Positions 36,970 through 46,617 of a DNA stretch of 64,000 bases are shown here, one piece after another (within the stretch, counting starts at the first letter, position 1; every line of letters starts with the position of its first letter). The DNA is taken from assembly GCA_963843455.1 (NCBI GenBank), contig CAWJKE010000007.1, forward strand, positions 102,501-166,500, read 5' to 3'. Origin of the DNA: an uncultured Actinomycetota bacterium (GTDB lineage: Bacteria; Actinomycetota; Thermoleophilia; RBG-16-64-13). The position numbers and the translations under genes are program-made. The notes under the pieces are model-generated. The model was not told the origin of the DNA and made no database searches. It was given only the letters and a program-made list of their open reading frames with translations.

Positions 36970-38868
36970 ATGAAGAATTCCTCCCGCGTCCCGACTGAGG
37001 CCGGGTGTGGCCGACGGTTCCTCGTTGTGGTTGCGGCCATTGTTGTGTTCGCCGCCGGTTGGATTGGGCTGGGGTCGATTACGGCCGATGTGGCACAGGC
37101 AGCGGCGGATGTCACTCGCTACGGCGTCGACTACTCCATGACGAACGTCGACTGGCCGGTATTCTTTAGTGAGCTCAAAGCTTCAGGGCGCGATTTCATC
37201 GGGCGCTATCTGCCATCGCCCGGATCGACGTGGCGGCAGGTCACTACTACCGAACTCAAGGCGGCAAGGGCCGCCGGCGTCGACTTCTTCTTCTGGTTTG
37301 AGGATTCCCGCAACCACTATCGGGCACGTGACGGCGGTTTCGCGGCCGGGGTGGCAGATGCTCAGGAAGCTCTGCGCGCCCTCGCGAGCCTTGGAGTTCC
37401 CAGCACGACCCCCGTCTACTACACGGTGGACTATCCCGCCGCGGATGGCAGCGAGATTGACCAGTATTTCCGCGGCGTCGTGTCGGTGGTGCCCGTCGCT
37501 CAAGTCGGCGCGTATGGCAACTACACCACAATCGATTGGCTGTATCAGCGCCGACTCGCGACCTACTTTTGCGAGTCCAACGCGTGGCCTGAACCACAAG
37601 GCTGGCACCCTCAGGCCCAGATGCGCCAGAACGTCAGCAGCTTCTACGTTGGCGGCGTCCATGTAGACAGGCTCACTGTGACGACGGCCGATTTCGGGCA
37701 GTGTCGTCGCTACGAGCAGTCCGACCCCCGCCTCTTCTTCTCCGGCACCTGGACCACCGGAACAAGCACCTCCTACTCCGGCGGCTCCTACGCGTACACG
37801 AACAAAGCCGGCTCCTCGGTCACCCTCGCCTTTTCCGGCACCAGCCTGGCCCTCATGGCCAAGAAGAGCCCGAGCCAGGGCAAAGCCTCGGTGTCGGTGG
37901 ACGGCGGCACCCCGGTCAGCGTCGACCTCTACCGCTCCGCCACCGCCTACAAGCAGACGGTGTTCTCGACCACCCTGCCCGCCGGTCTCCACGTGGTCAA
38001 GATCACCCGAGCCGGTACCAAGAACGCCCGCTCCAGCGGCTACACCGTCAACCTGGACGCCGCCTCCATCGTGGGCAGCCTCACCACCTTCACGAGAGCC
38101 GAACAGTCAGACACCCGCCCCACCTACTCCGGCTCCTGGTCGACCGCGTCTAACTCCGGGGCCTCCGGCGGCACATGGAAGTATATGAACGCCTCCGGCG
38201 GCTCGGTGACGGTGCCCTTCAAAGGCACCTCTCTGGCCTGGGTGACGGTGAAGAGCCCCAACTACGGCATAGCCCAGGTGACGCTGGACGGCGGTACCCC
38301 GGCGAGCGTCGACCTCTACAGTGCGAGCACCCTCTGGCGGCAGAACGTATGGAACACCGGCACCCTTCTCGCCGGCCCGCATACCGTCACCATCGCCTGG
38401 ACCGGGGAGAAGAACCCCGCGGCCGCGGGCACCTACATCGGCGTGGACGCCTTCGAGGTGGTGGGCGCCCTGACCGCGGGCACCCGGGTGGAGGAGACCG
38501 ACTCTCATATGGTGTGGGCCGGGACCTGGACCCCGGCCGCAAGCAGCCTCTACTCCGGAGGCAGCTTCAGCTATGCGAACACCTCCGGGGCTTCGGTCAC
38601 CATCAATTTCACCGGGGTGAAGCTGAGTCTCATCGGTACCACGGCCTACTCCTACGGCAAGATGAAGGTGACCCTGGACGGTACCACCACCTCCATCATC
38701 GACCTCTACACCCCCGCCGCCCTCTACAAGCAGACCATGTACTCCACCGGCCTGCTTCCTCTCGGCGACCACTGGGTCACGCTCGAGTGGACCGGGGAGA
38801 AGAACTCCCTCTCCAGTAACGCCTATGTGAGCCTCGATGCGGTGGATGTGATCGGGTGGCTGAGATAG
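36970..38868 (+). CDS. secreted DUF1906 (Rv2525c-like glycoside-hydrolase-like) domain protein with four C-terminal ~95-aa beta-rich repeats
   Basis: Signal peptide; N-domain YGVDYSMTNVDWPVFFSELKASGRDFIGRYL...AARAAGVDFFFWFE like DUF1906 / lysin-type TIM barrels. Then 4 repeats each with W.T....SGGSY.Y.N..G.SVT..F.GT.L.L......G...V.LDG.T......Y.......Q........L..G.H.V.I...G.KN. Confidence 0.55.
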   Translation: MKNSSRVPTEAGCGRRFLVVVAAIVVFAAGWIGLGSITADVAQAAADVTRYGVDYSMTNVDWPVFFSELKASGRDFIGRYLPSPGSTWRQVTTTELKAARAAGVDFFFWFEDSRNHYRARDGGFAAGVADAQEALRALASLGVPSTTPVYYTVDYPAADGSEIDQYFRGVVSVVPVAQVGAYGNYTTIDWLYQRRLATYFCESNAWPEPQGWHPQAQMRQNVSSFYVGGVHVDRLTVTTADFGQCRRYEQSDPRLFFSGTWTTGTSTSYSGGSYAYTNKAGSSVTLAFSGTSLALMAKKSPSQGKASVSVDGGTPVSVDLYRSATAYKQTVFSTTLPAGLHVVKITRAGTKNARSSGYTVNLDAASIVGSLTTFTRAEQSDTRPTYSGSWSTASNSGASGGTWKYMNASGGSVTVPFKGTSLAWVTVKSPNYGIAQVTLDGGTPASVDLYSASTLWRQNVWNTGTLLAGPHTVTIAWTGEKNPAAAGTYIGVDAFEVVGALTAGTRVEETDSHMVWAGTWTPAASSLYSGGSFSYANTSGASVTINFTGVKLSLIGTTAYSYGKMKVTLDGTTTSIIDLYTPAALYKQTMYSTGLLPLGDHWVTLEWTGEKNSLSSNAYVSLDAVDVIGWLR

Positions 38869-38949
38869 GGGCTGGGTTCAAGAGGTCAAGTCGTGACGAT
38901 TCTGGACCCTAGGCCTGAACGTACGTGTTCGAGAACCAGTGCTGGGTGG

Positions 38950-39879
38950 ATGCCATGGCCGGGAACTCGACCCGGATCAGGGGGATTCGATGAAACGCTG
39001 GGTATTGGTCATGTCCGTCTCGTAGGCATCTGCCTAGCCTCGCTTCTGGTATTGCTCGCTTTGGTCCTGGCCGCCTGCGGGGCAGGTGTCGCAGATACGG
39101 GCAGCGCCTCGAAGACCGGTACATCTACTGCCTCAGGGACGACCGCCTCGTCTGGAGACGCAACCGCAGGCTCCTTGCCGGTCCCCGTGAGCAGTGGCCA
39201 GGAGGGGATGTGGGACACCACCACGACGACGGGCAACGGCCGGGCGGACCTCTATTGTTCTGTGTCGTTCGCGGCGTCGCCGCCGAAAGACTTCGTGAGC
39301 GTGAGCCTCTTCAACGAGGCCGGGGAGATGGTCGACCGGCGGGCCGGCATGCCATTCAGCTTCGAGGGGCTCCAGCCGGGGAAGTACCGTCTGGGCGCAT
39401 CCGGTGAGGGCACAGGCTACATCTCGCAGTGGTACGGGGGCCTGCCGACACAGGGACATGACATATCCGAGTCCCAGGTTCTCGAGCTCAAGCCCGGGCG
39501 GAATGTCGCCGAGTTCGTGCTACAGCCGGGCCTCAGCATCCAAGGGGAGGTGTCGTGGACCCAAGGGACCCAGCTGAGCGGATACATCCAGATTTACGAC
39601 CTGGAGCATCGCGACACGGGGCGGGGAGCCTCAATCGGGGGAGGAACAAGCCCTATGCAGCCCGGCACCGGCTACCTCTTCCTTATCGTCGGCCTGCTCC
39701 CCGGGCGGTATAGGATCGGCGCCAGCTTCGACACCAATGACCTAGCACCTCAGGTATGGGACGGCGGTGGGTCGTTCGAGGACGCACCCGTGATCAATCT
39801 GACATCTGGTGACGTCGCGGGTATCCACGTGGAGCTTGGTGTGCTTCCGAGTACTACGACGACCGGCAGCCCTCACTAA
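38950..39879 (+). CDS. lipoprotein (hypothetical)
   Basis: Signal peptide with lipobox LAACGAG, Ser/Thr-rich linker, no recognised domain. Start chosen at first in-frame ATG giving a plausible signal. Confidence 0.4.
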   Translation: MPWPGTRPGSGGFDETLGIGHVRLVGICLASLLVLLALVLAACGAGVADTGSASKTGTSTASGTTASSGDATAGSLPVPVSSGQEGMWDTTTTTGNGRADLYCSVSFAASPPKDFVSVSLFNEAGEMVDRRAGMPFSFEGLQPGKYRLGASGEGTGYISQWYGGLPTQGHDISESQVLELKPGRNVAEFVLQPGLSIQGEVSWTQGTQLSGYIQIYDLEHRDTGRGASIGGGTSPMQPGTGYLFLIVGLLPGRYRIGASFDTNDLAPQVWDGGGSFEDAPVINLTSGDVAGIHVELGVLPSTTTTGSPH

Positions 39880-40335
39880 CTTGCATCGAGGTACTGGGGG
39901 AAGGCTCCCCGCATGGGCGAGGCCCGGGGACTGGGCGGGGCTCTTGTTCCTAGGAACCAGGATGGGAAGGAGTTTCCGTCGTCCACCCCGGGCACCGAGC
40001 CGACCCGCTACACCAACGCCTACTTCTGCGCCTTCAAGCGGCAAGTGCAAGACGCCGAGTCGTAGCTCCGAACGGTGGGAGCAGCGAAGATCGATGGCTT
40101 CCAGCAAGAAGGCCACCCCGACGGATGGCCCTCGAAACTGGTCGCTGAGAAGACCGCACCAAGTCCGGATCAGTTACTGGACTGCGGGAACCACCCTGTC
40201 ACCATGCGGCCAGCGACCGGCCCCCGGGTTCCAAGCACCCCCCTTACCCGGGGTCGAGGCTCGACTAGACTGGCCCACAATCGGGAACGTGTCCCGCATG
40301 TGCAGCGGTGGGACCGACCAGTGGGAGCAAACGTC

Positions 40336-40737
40336 ATGATTGCCTGCCAGATATGCGGCGCCGATAACCCCGTGGACGCGAAGTTCTGCGGTCGATGTGG
40401 GAAACCGATCGGTGAGTACGGCGACTACCGGTATAAAGACATGCGGGCGCTGTCAGGCGAGGAGCGGGTGCTCTGGGACAACGGCGAATTGCAGCTGACG
40501 ACGGAAGCGGTACTCATCGGCATGCACTCTGACGCCCCGGACGTCTTGCCGTTGGACACCATCTACGAGGTAAAGCGCGAGAAGGACTGCCTCGTATTTT
40601 CCGTCAAGGATGGTGAAGACCGTTACTGCCGCCTTGACGATCCCGAGGAGCTCGGGACCCTGGTCGAGGAGCAGATGGCCAAGAGGCGCAGGCTGCTGAC
40701 CGGGGAGTGGATGGTGAGCCCGCACCCCGAGCACTGA
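40336..40737 (+). CDS. zinc-ribbon domain protein with PH-like C-terminal domain
   Basis: MIACQICGADNPVDAKFCGRCGKPIG (CxxC...CxxC zinc ribbon), followed by ~100 aa globular domain. Start trimmed to ATG 40336; upstream part of ORF-track ORF is junk. Confidence 0.5.
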   Translation: MIACQICGADNPVDAKFCGRCGKPIGEYGDYRYKDMRALSGEERVLWDNGELQLTTEAVLIGMHSDAPDVLPLDTIYEVKREKDCLVFSVKDGEDRYCRLDDPEELGTLVEEQMAKRRRLLTGEWMVSPHPEH

Positions 40738-40929
40738 GCCGTCGGAGGCGTCACGGGTGCGAGTCGCGTTGTCAGACGCTCTCGGTCGTACGTGCGGATG
40801 GTGGTTCCATAGATATCCCTGTGCGTAGGCCTCGAAACGGGTCAGCGACATTTCTTTCGCTCCAGGCCGGCCGGAGTAGTGCTGGTGGGAGTGCGTCCGC
40901 ATCACCGGTAGCCACTCCCGAGTTCGCGG

Positions 40930-41409
40930 CTACTCGAGGGCCCGAGGAGCAACGCTCGTCGCGTCTCCAGCCTTGGGTCCTCCCGCCGCCAGCAGGAAAT
41001 TCTTGCTGAATCCCTTGACGCCAAAAACCCCGTCCTCGTGGCCGGCCGCCGTGAGGGGCACCAAGGACATGAAGTGCGCGATCACGGCCGCGAAGAAGAG
41101 GGCGACGGTGGCGAATACGCAAGCGCGATTGAAATGCGTCGCGATGGCGGCAATCAGGAGAGCCCCGAATAGCGCCCACATCACGAGCGCGGCTCGTTTC
41201 CTCAGCCTGAGCGAGCGGTCATCCTGCGCACACAGCGAGTAGCTGATCTCCAAGGGCCTTCTGGCCGCGTAGTAGAGCAGGGCAACGGGGACGACGCCCC
41301 ACAAGATGCCCACCCATATCCATCGCGGGTGCCAGTAGAGTCTCGTATCGACACGCCGACCGCCGGAGGCATCTTTGCCACATTCCACGCAGCGATCCGG
41401 CAACTCCAT
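40930..41409 (-). CDS. membrane protein with N-terminal zinc-ribbon-like motif
   Basis: MELPDRCVECGK then three or more TM helices; convergent with the zinc-ribbon gene. Confidence 0.4.
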   Translation of the reverse strand: MELPDRCVECGKDASGGRRVDTRLYWHPRWIWVGILWGVVPVALLYYAARRPLEISYSLCAQDDRSLRLRKRAALVMWALFGALLIAAIATHFNRACVFATVALFFAAVIAHFMSLVPLTAAGHEDGVFGVKGFSKNFLLAAGGPKAGDATSVAPRALE

Positions 41410-41667
41410 CGGTGACGTACCGATGATCGCGTTCTTGTCAACGATCCAGTCCGACACCGGAGCCTCCCCTTGCCGCGCGCGTCCAGGCCTCGCCTTAGTC
41501 CAGCCTACCACCGACCGTGTTTGCATCCAGAGGCGAATCTCACGCTCCAGCAGAAGCGCAAGGAACCGTCACTCATGTCAGGGTGTTGGGATCAGGCTGG
41601 CGTTCAACGACCATCCCGCAGCCCCTGTCTGGCAGCAGTCCGTACGGCAGCTCTGATTTGATACTGT

Positions 41668-42402
41668 TTGGCGATGAACCGGCAGCTCTATTGGAGGCAC
41701 ATCTACAAGGAACGCCGGCCCGAGTGGGATTCCAGCACGACGGTGTACCGGCGACTGATCGGTGAGAAGGTCGACGGGACGACCCGGGTGCTCGATATCG
41801 GCTGTGGCCGCCACGCCGGCTATCTCAAAGATGTGTACGACCGAACGCCGTTCAGCTATGGCGTAGACCTGGACGCGGACGCGCTGGCCAAGAACACGAC
41901 GATCAGGAACACCGTGGTTGCGAACGCCGACGACCTTCCGTTCCAGGACGAGTTCTTCGATATCGTAACGCTCGCCTGGGTCCTCGAACATCTGGAAAGC
42001 CCCGAGCAGGTCTTCCGTGAGATATACCGCGTGCTGAAACCGCACGGCACAGTGTTCTTCCTCACCCCCAACACATGGAACTACAACGTGTGGCTCATTC
42101 GTGCCCTGCCCAACGCCTCTCACCAGTATCTTGCCCGAAGGCTCTACCAACGGCCGGAGCATGACGCGTTTCCCACCCGCTATGAGATCAACGCGCCGGC
42201 GCGGGTGGAGAGACTGTTGACGAAGGTCGGCTTCGAACGGGAACGCCTGATCCTCAACGGAGATCCCACGTACATCTCCTTCAACAGGCCCTCGTTCGCG
42301 ATTGCCTGCCTCCTGGAGCGCGTCCTGGATATCGGCTTTGCCAAGAGGGCCAGGGTCCATATCATCGGGGCGTACCGAAAAGGGGTGGTATCACCGGCCT
42401 GA
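41668..42402 (+). CDS. class I SAM-dependent methyltransferase
   Basis: VLDIGCGRHAGY motif I, DLPFQDEFFDIVTLAWVLEHL, KPHGTVFF - Methyltransf_11-type. Confidence 0.75.
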   Translation: MAMNRQLYWRHIYKERRPEWDSSTTVYRRLIGEKVDGTTRVLDIGCGRHAGYLKDVYDRTPFSYGVDLDADALAKNTTIRNTVVANADDLPFQDEFFDIVTLAWVLEHLESPEQVFREIYRVLKPHGTVFFLTPNTWNYNVWLIRALPNASHQYLARRLYQRPEHDAFPTRYEINAPARVERLLTKVGFERERLILNGDPTYISFNRPSFAIACLLERVLDIGFAKRARVHIIGAYRKGVVSPA

Positions 42403-42434
42403 ATTCCGCTCGCACCGGGACTGCGTGCGGTATT

Positions 42435-43040
42435 GTGCCTCCAAGTGGGCCCATCCGCGCGACCCAAGGAGTTGCGGGCGTGCCGCTGGAAGAACCACAA
42501 TCGAGAAGCCGAGCGACTGCCGTCAAGGGGATCGTGGCGGCACTTCTCGTGTTCGGTATCGTGATCGCGTTGGTGGTGAAAGGCTGCACCACGCCGGACG
42601 AGCTGGGCTGGATAGGCACCACCTCGGGGCCGAGCACCACGGCCCACACGCCCCCTTGGTTTGGTGACACGGTCAGCGCGTGGGGTGTTGAGCTGGGCCT
42701 GTGGGGCCCGACGTCCTACGACAACGTTTCGACCACCCTCGTAGTCGGCGACGGCAACGAGCTGCTGATCATGGGCGCGAACATCAACAACACCGAAAGC
42801 GAAGACTTCACGTACAGACTCGCCGGCTGGGAGGGTCGGGATGCGGCCAACCGCGTCTACCCCGCGACGGTCCATTTCCCCGAGTCGGCCCTGACCGACG
42901 GCACCCTTCGGCCCGGCGAGAGTGCTAGCGGTTACATCGGTTTTGAACTCCCGAAGGGGACCTATCTGGCCTCGGTAACCTACCGTCCGATCGGCGTTGG
43001 TCAGGACCCCGCGTACGTCAGGTGGGAAGGGCGATATTGA
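42435..43040 (+). CDS. membrane-anchored hypothetical protein (DUF4352-like beta domain)
   Basis: N-terminal anchor/lipobox-like VVKGCTT. C-terminal domain with ...GESASGYIGFELPKGTYLASVTY pattern reminiscent of DUF4352. Confidence 0.4.
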   Translation: MPPSGPIRATQGVAGVPLEEPQSRSRATAVKGIVAALLVFGIVIALVVKGCTTPDELGWIGTTSGPSTTAHTPPWFGDTVSAWGVELGLWGPTSYDNVSTTLVVGDGNELLIMGANINNTESEDFTYRLAGWEGRDAANRVYPATVHFPESALTDGTLRPGESASGYIGFELPKGTYLASVTYRPIGVGQDPAYVRWEGRY

Positions 43041-43062
43041 TCGCTCCTGGTACTCTCGTAGG

Positions 43063-43566
43063 GTGACCAAGATCCGTCCAGAACTGCCGGCCGATATCGA
43101 TAGCATCCGGGAGCTCGTGTGCCTGGCCTTCACCGGGCATCCGTACAGCAGCGGCACGGAGCCCCTCATCATCGACGCGTTGAGAGCGGATGGCGCTCTG
43201 GAGTTGTCGCTCGTCGTTGAGGTGGACGGCAGGGTGGTGGCTCATATCGCGTTCTCGGCGGGGGCGATCGGCGACTCGTCGTCGGGGTGGTTTGTCGTGG
43301 GTCCGGTGGCGGTCCATCCGGACTACCAGGGCAGGGGGATCGGGCGGACCCTGATTGAGGCTGGCCTCGACATCATGCGGTCGCGGAACGCCACCGGATG
43401 CATGCTCGTTGGTGATCCGGATCTCTATCGCCGCTTCGGCTTCGGGCAATACCCGCGGATCACCTGGCCCGGCGTCCCGGACGAGTACGTCCTTTGCCTG
43501 CCTTTTGGAGATGAGGAGCCGGCCGGAGAGATCGCCTACCATCCGGCCTTTCTGGCCGGAACCTGA
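43063..43566 (+). CDS. GNAT family N-acetyltransferase
   Basis: VHPDYQGRGIGRTLIEAGLDIM (acetyl-CoA-binding motif A). GTG start after upstream stop. Confidence 0.75.
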   Translation: MTKIRPELPADIDSIRELVCLAFTGHPYSSGTEPLIIDALRADGALELSLVVEVDGRVVAHIAFSAGAIGDSSSGWFVVGPVAVHPDYQGRGIGRTLIEAGLDIMRSRNATGCMLVGDPDLYRRFGFGQYPRITWPGVPDEYVLCLPFGDEEPAGEIAYHPAFLAGT

Positions 43567-43579
43567 CAGGTCGCCGGGC

Positions 43580-44689
43580 TCACCGCACCAGGCCGGAAGC
43601 CAGCAGGCTATCGGCGTCGTAGAACACTTCTTCACGGGTGATCAGGCCATTGGGATCGACGGAGAAGTACCTCCCCAGCCTGGTGCCGAGCTGGAGGGTG
43701 GTGAGGCCCTCGATGGTCTTCGGCGTGCCGTTTGCGGCCAGGGTGCTCTGGTAGTGGATGCCGACCGCGATGATGGCGCCCTTCCGAGGGGACTGGCTGT
43801 CGGGCGGATAGGGACCGTCGGTCTGGGCGTAGAGGTCGAGGATCTTGAAGGTGACGTTGTCGGCCGAGCCGAAACGCTTCTCGAGAAGTTCACTGATGGC
43901 CGCCGGTCCCTTCGCGCTGAGACCCAGCATGGTGTCGACGAACGCGGCCTCGTCCCCGTAGAGGGCGGCGATCCGGGCTTTGTCTCCCGAGGACCAGGCC
44001 GCGAGATACTGGTCGGCGATCTTCTGGAGTTGCTCGGGGCCACCTTTGCCTGGGGCGAACGCTCCGAAGGACACCATCGCAAGCGTAGGACCGGAGAACC
44101 ACATATCCCAACTGGTCGCCAAGCCATCCTTGAACCGAAATACGCCCAGCTCGTCGACCGGAGGATGGCTCGCAGGTTCCGGCACCCACGGGGGCCACAT
44201 GTTCTCCTCGGCGTTGACGTACGCGAACCCGTCGCCCGACAGGTACAGGCCTTTCCTTTCAGCCTTGAAGTTAGGCATGTACTGCAGGAAATCGCGCTGC
44301 ATGGCGACGATGGCGGCTTTGCCGTCGAAGAAGGCACCATCGGACGGGTCGTAGTTGGTCGCATTCTCGGCGAAAGCGGCAAACTGCTGATCCACATCCG
44401 ACCCGGCCGCGGCGAAGCGGTCGGCGAAGGCGATCGCGGCGGTCTTCCATTGTGCGATCTCCGCCGCCGACAGCGGAGCCGTTCCGGCTGCCTCAGTACT
44501 TGTTGTCGTCGCTTGCCTGGTCGTCGAGGTAGTGGTCACGACCTGGTTGGTCGCGCTCGTGGTAGTGGCCGCAGCCTCAGTACCGCCGCAAGCAGCCGCG
44601 ATAGCGCTCAGCCCGATGACAGGGACAACGAGCAGCAGAACCAGCCACCGGCCACCCTCGTAGTTGTGAATCGACCTGGCTCCCATCAC
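43580..44689 (-). CDS. lipoprotein (hypothetical)
   Basis: Lipobox AAACGG, Thr-rich linker, ~300-aa globular domain without recognisable motifs. Confidence 0.45.
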   Translation of the reverse strand: MMGARSIHNYEGGRWLVLLLVVPVIGLSAIAAACGGTEAAATTTSATNQVVTTTSTTRQATTTSTEAAGTAPLSAAEIAQWKTAAIAFADRFAAAGSDVDQQFAAFAENATNYDPSDGAFFDGKAAIVAMQRDFLQYMPNFKAERKGLYLSGDGFAYVNAEENMWPPWVPEPASHPPVDELGVFRFKDGLATSWDMWFSGPTLAMVSFGAFAPGKGGPEQLQKIADQYLAAWSSGDKARIAALYGDEAAFVDTMLGLSAKGPAAISELLEKRFGSADNVTFKILDLYAQTDGPYPPDSQSPRKGAIIAVGIHYQSTLAANGTPKTIEGLTTLQLGTRLGRYFSVDPNGLITREEVFYDADSLLASGLVR

Positions 44690-44710
44690 ACACCTCCTCC
44701 GCCGCAGACC

Positions 44711-45274
44711 TCACGGCGCCTTCTGGATCCACCCGGACACGGCGACGAGCGGGAGTGCCGCCGAGAAGGAACTCGTATTCAGGGGCCAATACCACTGCCA
44801 CAACGAGACTAGGCCGTCGTATGCGCCGGTGCCCTTTGCCGAGCCGAAGACGAACGTATGCCCTTTCGCATCGAGGGCTCCGCGCATGGCGTCGCAGACC
44901 CAGGTGCCCTTGTTGTTCGTGACCGTCCAGGTCCCCCACATTGAGCCGCTCCCGTCGGCGGCTTGGTCCAGGTTGTAGATCACGTCGAAGGTCCCGGCCG
45001 CGCGCGGGTCGGTGGCCTCGACCGTGTACGAGACCGTGGCGTTGCGGACTTGGGTGATGTCGCCGGCCTTGGTGCTCGTCCCTTCCCCTTGCGCTCCAGG
45101 CGCGGCCGATGCCACGAAGGCCTCGGAGTTGGACAGCGGGGATGTCTCGGCGCTGGAGCGGCTGCTGCCGCATCCCGCCCAGACCAGGCTTCCGATCAGA
45201 AGCAACGAGACGAGGATCAGAATGCACGTGATGGTTCTTGTCGCTCTCATTGGTCCTCTCCGTGTGGGCGTCAT
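44711..45274 (-). CDS. lipoprotein sharing a domain with the adjacent anti-sigma factor
   Basis: Lipobox WAGCGSS; C-terminal GTWTVTNNKGTWVCDAMRGA...VAVSGWIQKAP aligns with GSWVLHTDQGVWECPSWKGS...IAVSGWIQSTK of 45271-46002. Confidence 0.45.
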   Translation of the reverse strand: MTPTRRGPMRATRTITCILILVSLLLIGSLVWAGCGSSRSSAETSPLSNSEAFVASAAPGAQGEGTSTKAGDITQVRNATVSYTVEATDPRAAGTFDVIYNLDQAADGSGSMWGTWTVTNNKGTWVCDAMRGALDAKGHTFVFGSAKGTGAYDGLVSLWQWYWPLNTSSFSAALPLVAVSGWIQKAP

Positions 45275-46002
45275 TTGGTCGATTGGATCCAGCCACTGAC
45301 GGCGATAGGCTCAGATGATTCTGCCCCAATTGCCGACGACCCCCGGTTCTTGGCCACGTGCCACTGGAGTAGCAGCGTCAACCCCTCGAGTCCGCCGGCA
45401 CCGCTCGCGTTCCCGAAGTAGAACTGTTCGGAATCGTTCGCTGTCAAACTGCCCTTCCAGGACGGGCACTCCCACACGCCCTGGTCGGTGTGTAGGACCC
45501 ATGAACCCTCGATGTCGGTGCTGCCGTCCGGGCGGGTGGCGAGGTTGGACCTGATCTCCATGGTGCCGGTGACCAAGGGTTGCGACATGCTCAGACGGTA
45601 GACCTCCACTCGATCCCGCACCCGGTGGATGCCATCCGCCGCGTTTCCGGGGTCGCTGGTACCCTCGTTCTTCACCTGCTCCAGAACCGCCGTCCCCATG
45701 ACCGGTGACACTCTGGCCAACAAGGGACCGCCGGGACCGCGGTTGAGGTCTGTGAAGACGAGTCGCGGCTGGCGCTGGAAGTGGTCCACCGCCGTGTATG
45801 CCCCCAAGGCCGCCGCCCCGACCAGCACGATGGAGGCGAATCCCAACGCGACGGCTCGCGCGATCCGGTTCCTCCGCCTTTTTCTTCGCCTGGGCCGCAG
45901 CCTGGCGGTGATGCGCTCGCTCAGGGCCTGTTCGTTCACGGAGGGAGCGTTGCCCTTGAACAAATCGGCCAGCAGCTTGTCGGTCTCTCGCTCGCCCATC
46001 AT
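45271..46002 (-). CDS. putative anti-sigma factor (single-pass membrane protein)
   Basis: ATGA overlap with ECF sigma gene; short cytoplasmic N-terminus, Arg-rich stop-transfer + TM (RRRKRRRNRIARAVALGFASIVLVGAAALG), ~170-aa extracytoplasmic domain. Confidence 0.55.
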   Translation of the reverse strand: MMGERETDKLLADLFKGNAPSVNEQALSERITARLRPRRRKRRRNRIARAVALGFASIVLVGAAALGAYTAVDHFQRQPRLVFTDLNRGPGGPLLARVSPVMGTAVLEQVKNEGTSDPGNAADGIHRVRDRVEVYRLSMSQPLVTGTMEIRSNLATRPDGSTDIEGSWVLHTDQGVWECPSWKGSLTANDSEQFYFGNASGAGGLEGLTLLLQWHVAKNRGSSAIGAESSEPIAVSGWIQSTK

Positions 46003-46526
46003 CCCGCCTCCACCAGCCCCTTGAGAGCCTCACGCGCCCTGTGCAGATGGCTGTTCACGGCCCCTTCAGAGATGTTCATGATCCGGGCTATCTCGCCCAC
46101 GGAAAGGTCGTTCAGGTAGTAGAGAGCGGCCGCCGTGCGCTGGCGTTTGGGGAGCGACCGAAACACCGAGGCGAAGTCCGGGTCCGGCGTCCACACCACC
46201 AGTTCGCCCTCCACCGCCTGCCGGTCCTGCGCCGCGCCCAGACGCTCGACCACCCGGGCGGTGCGCGTCATGAATCGGCGGTAGTCCTTGCAGCGATTTA
46301 TGCCCACCCGGTACAGCCAAGCGACCGGGTCGCGGTACTCGCCGAGGTTGTCCCAGCGCAGGAACAGCTGAATGAACGCTTCCTGAGCAGCGTCGGCCGC
46401 CGCCTCGCGGTCGAGGGAGATCATGGTAAGGGCCTGAACCAAGCGTGCACGATGGCCCTGCATAAAGGACTCGAAGCCATCGGCTTGGGCCTTGGAACGA
46501 ACGGCTATGGAATCGGCCGCTCCCAC
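45999..46526 (-). CDS. ECF (sigma-70 family) RNA polymerase sigma factor
   Basis: Region 2 (AQEAFIQLFLRW...DPVAWLYRVGINRCKD) and region 4 HTH (LYYLNDLSVGEIARIMNISEGAVNSHLHRAR). Confidence 0.85.
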   Translation of the reverse strand: MGAADSIAVRSKAQADGFESFMQGHRARLVQALTMISLDREAAADAAQEAFIQLFLRWDNLGEYRDPVAWLYRVGINRCKDYRRFMTRTARVVERLGAAQDRQAVEGELVVWTPDPDFASVFRSLPKRQRTAAALYYLNDLSVGEIARIMNISEGAVNSHLHRAREALKGLVEAG

Positions 46527-46617
46527 GCGTTCCCCTATGACCTCCGCCAGTCCCGTGGCTCCTCCTCGGATCGTCTGGGCCTTCTACCTATTCAGACGCC
46601 CGAGGAGCGCACGCGCT

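Noticed and set aside
39809-40339. 176-aa ORF in the gap before the zinc-ribbon gene
   Set aside because: Pro/Arg/Ser-rich, no motifs. The zinc-ribbon protein begins at its own ATG (40336). The region is more likely 5' UTR or intergenic.
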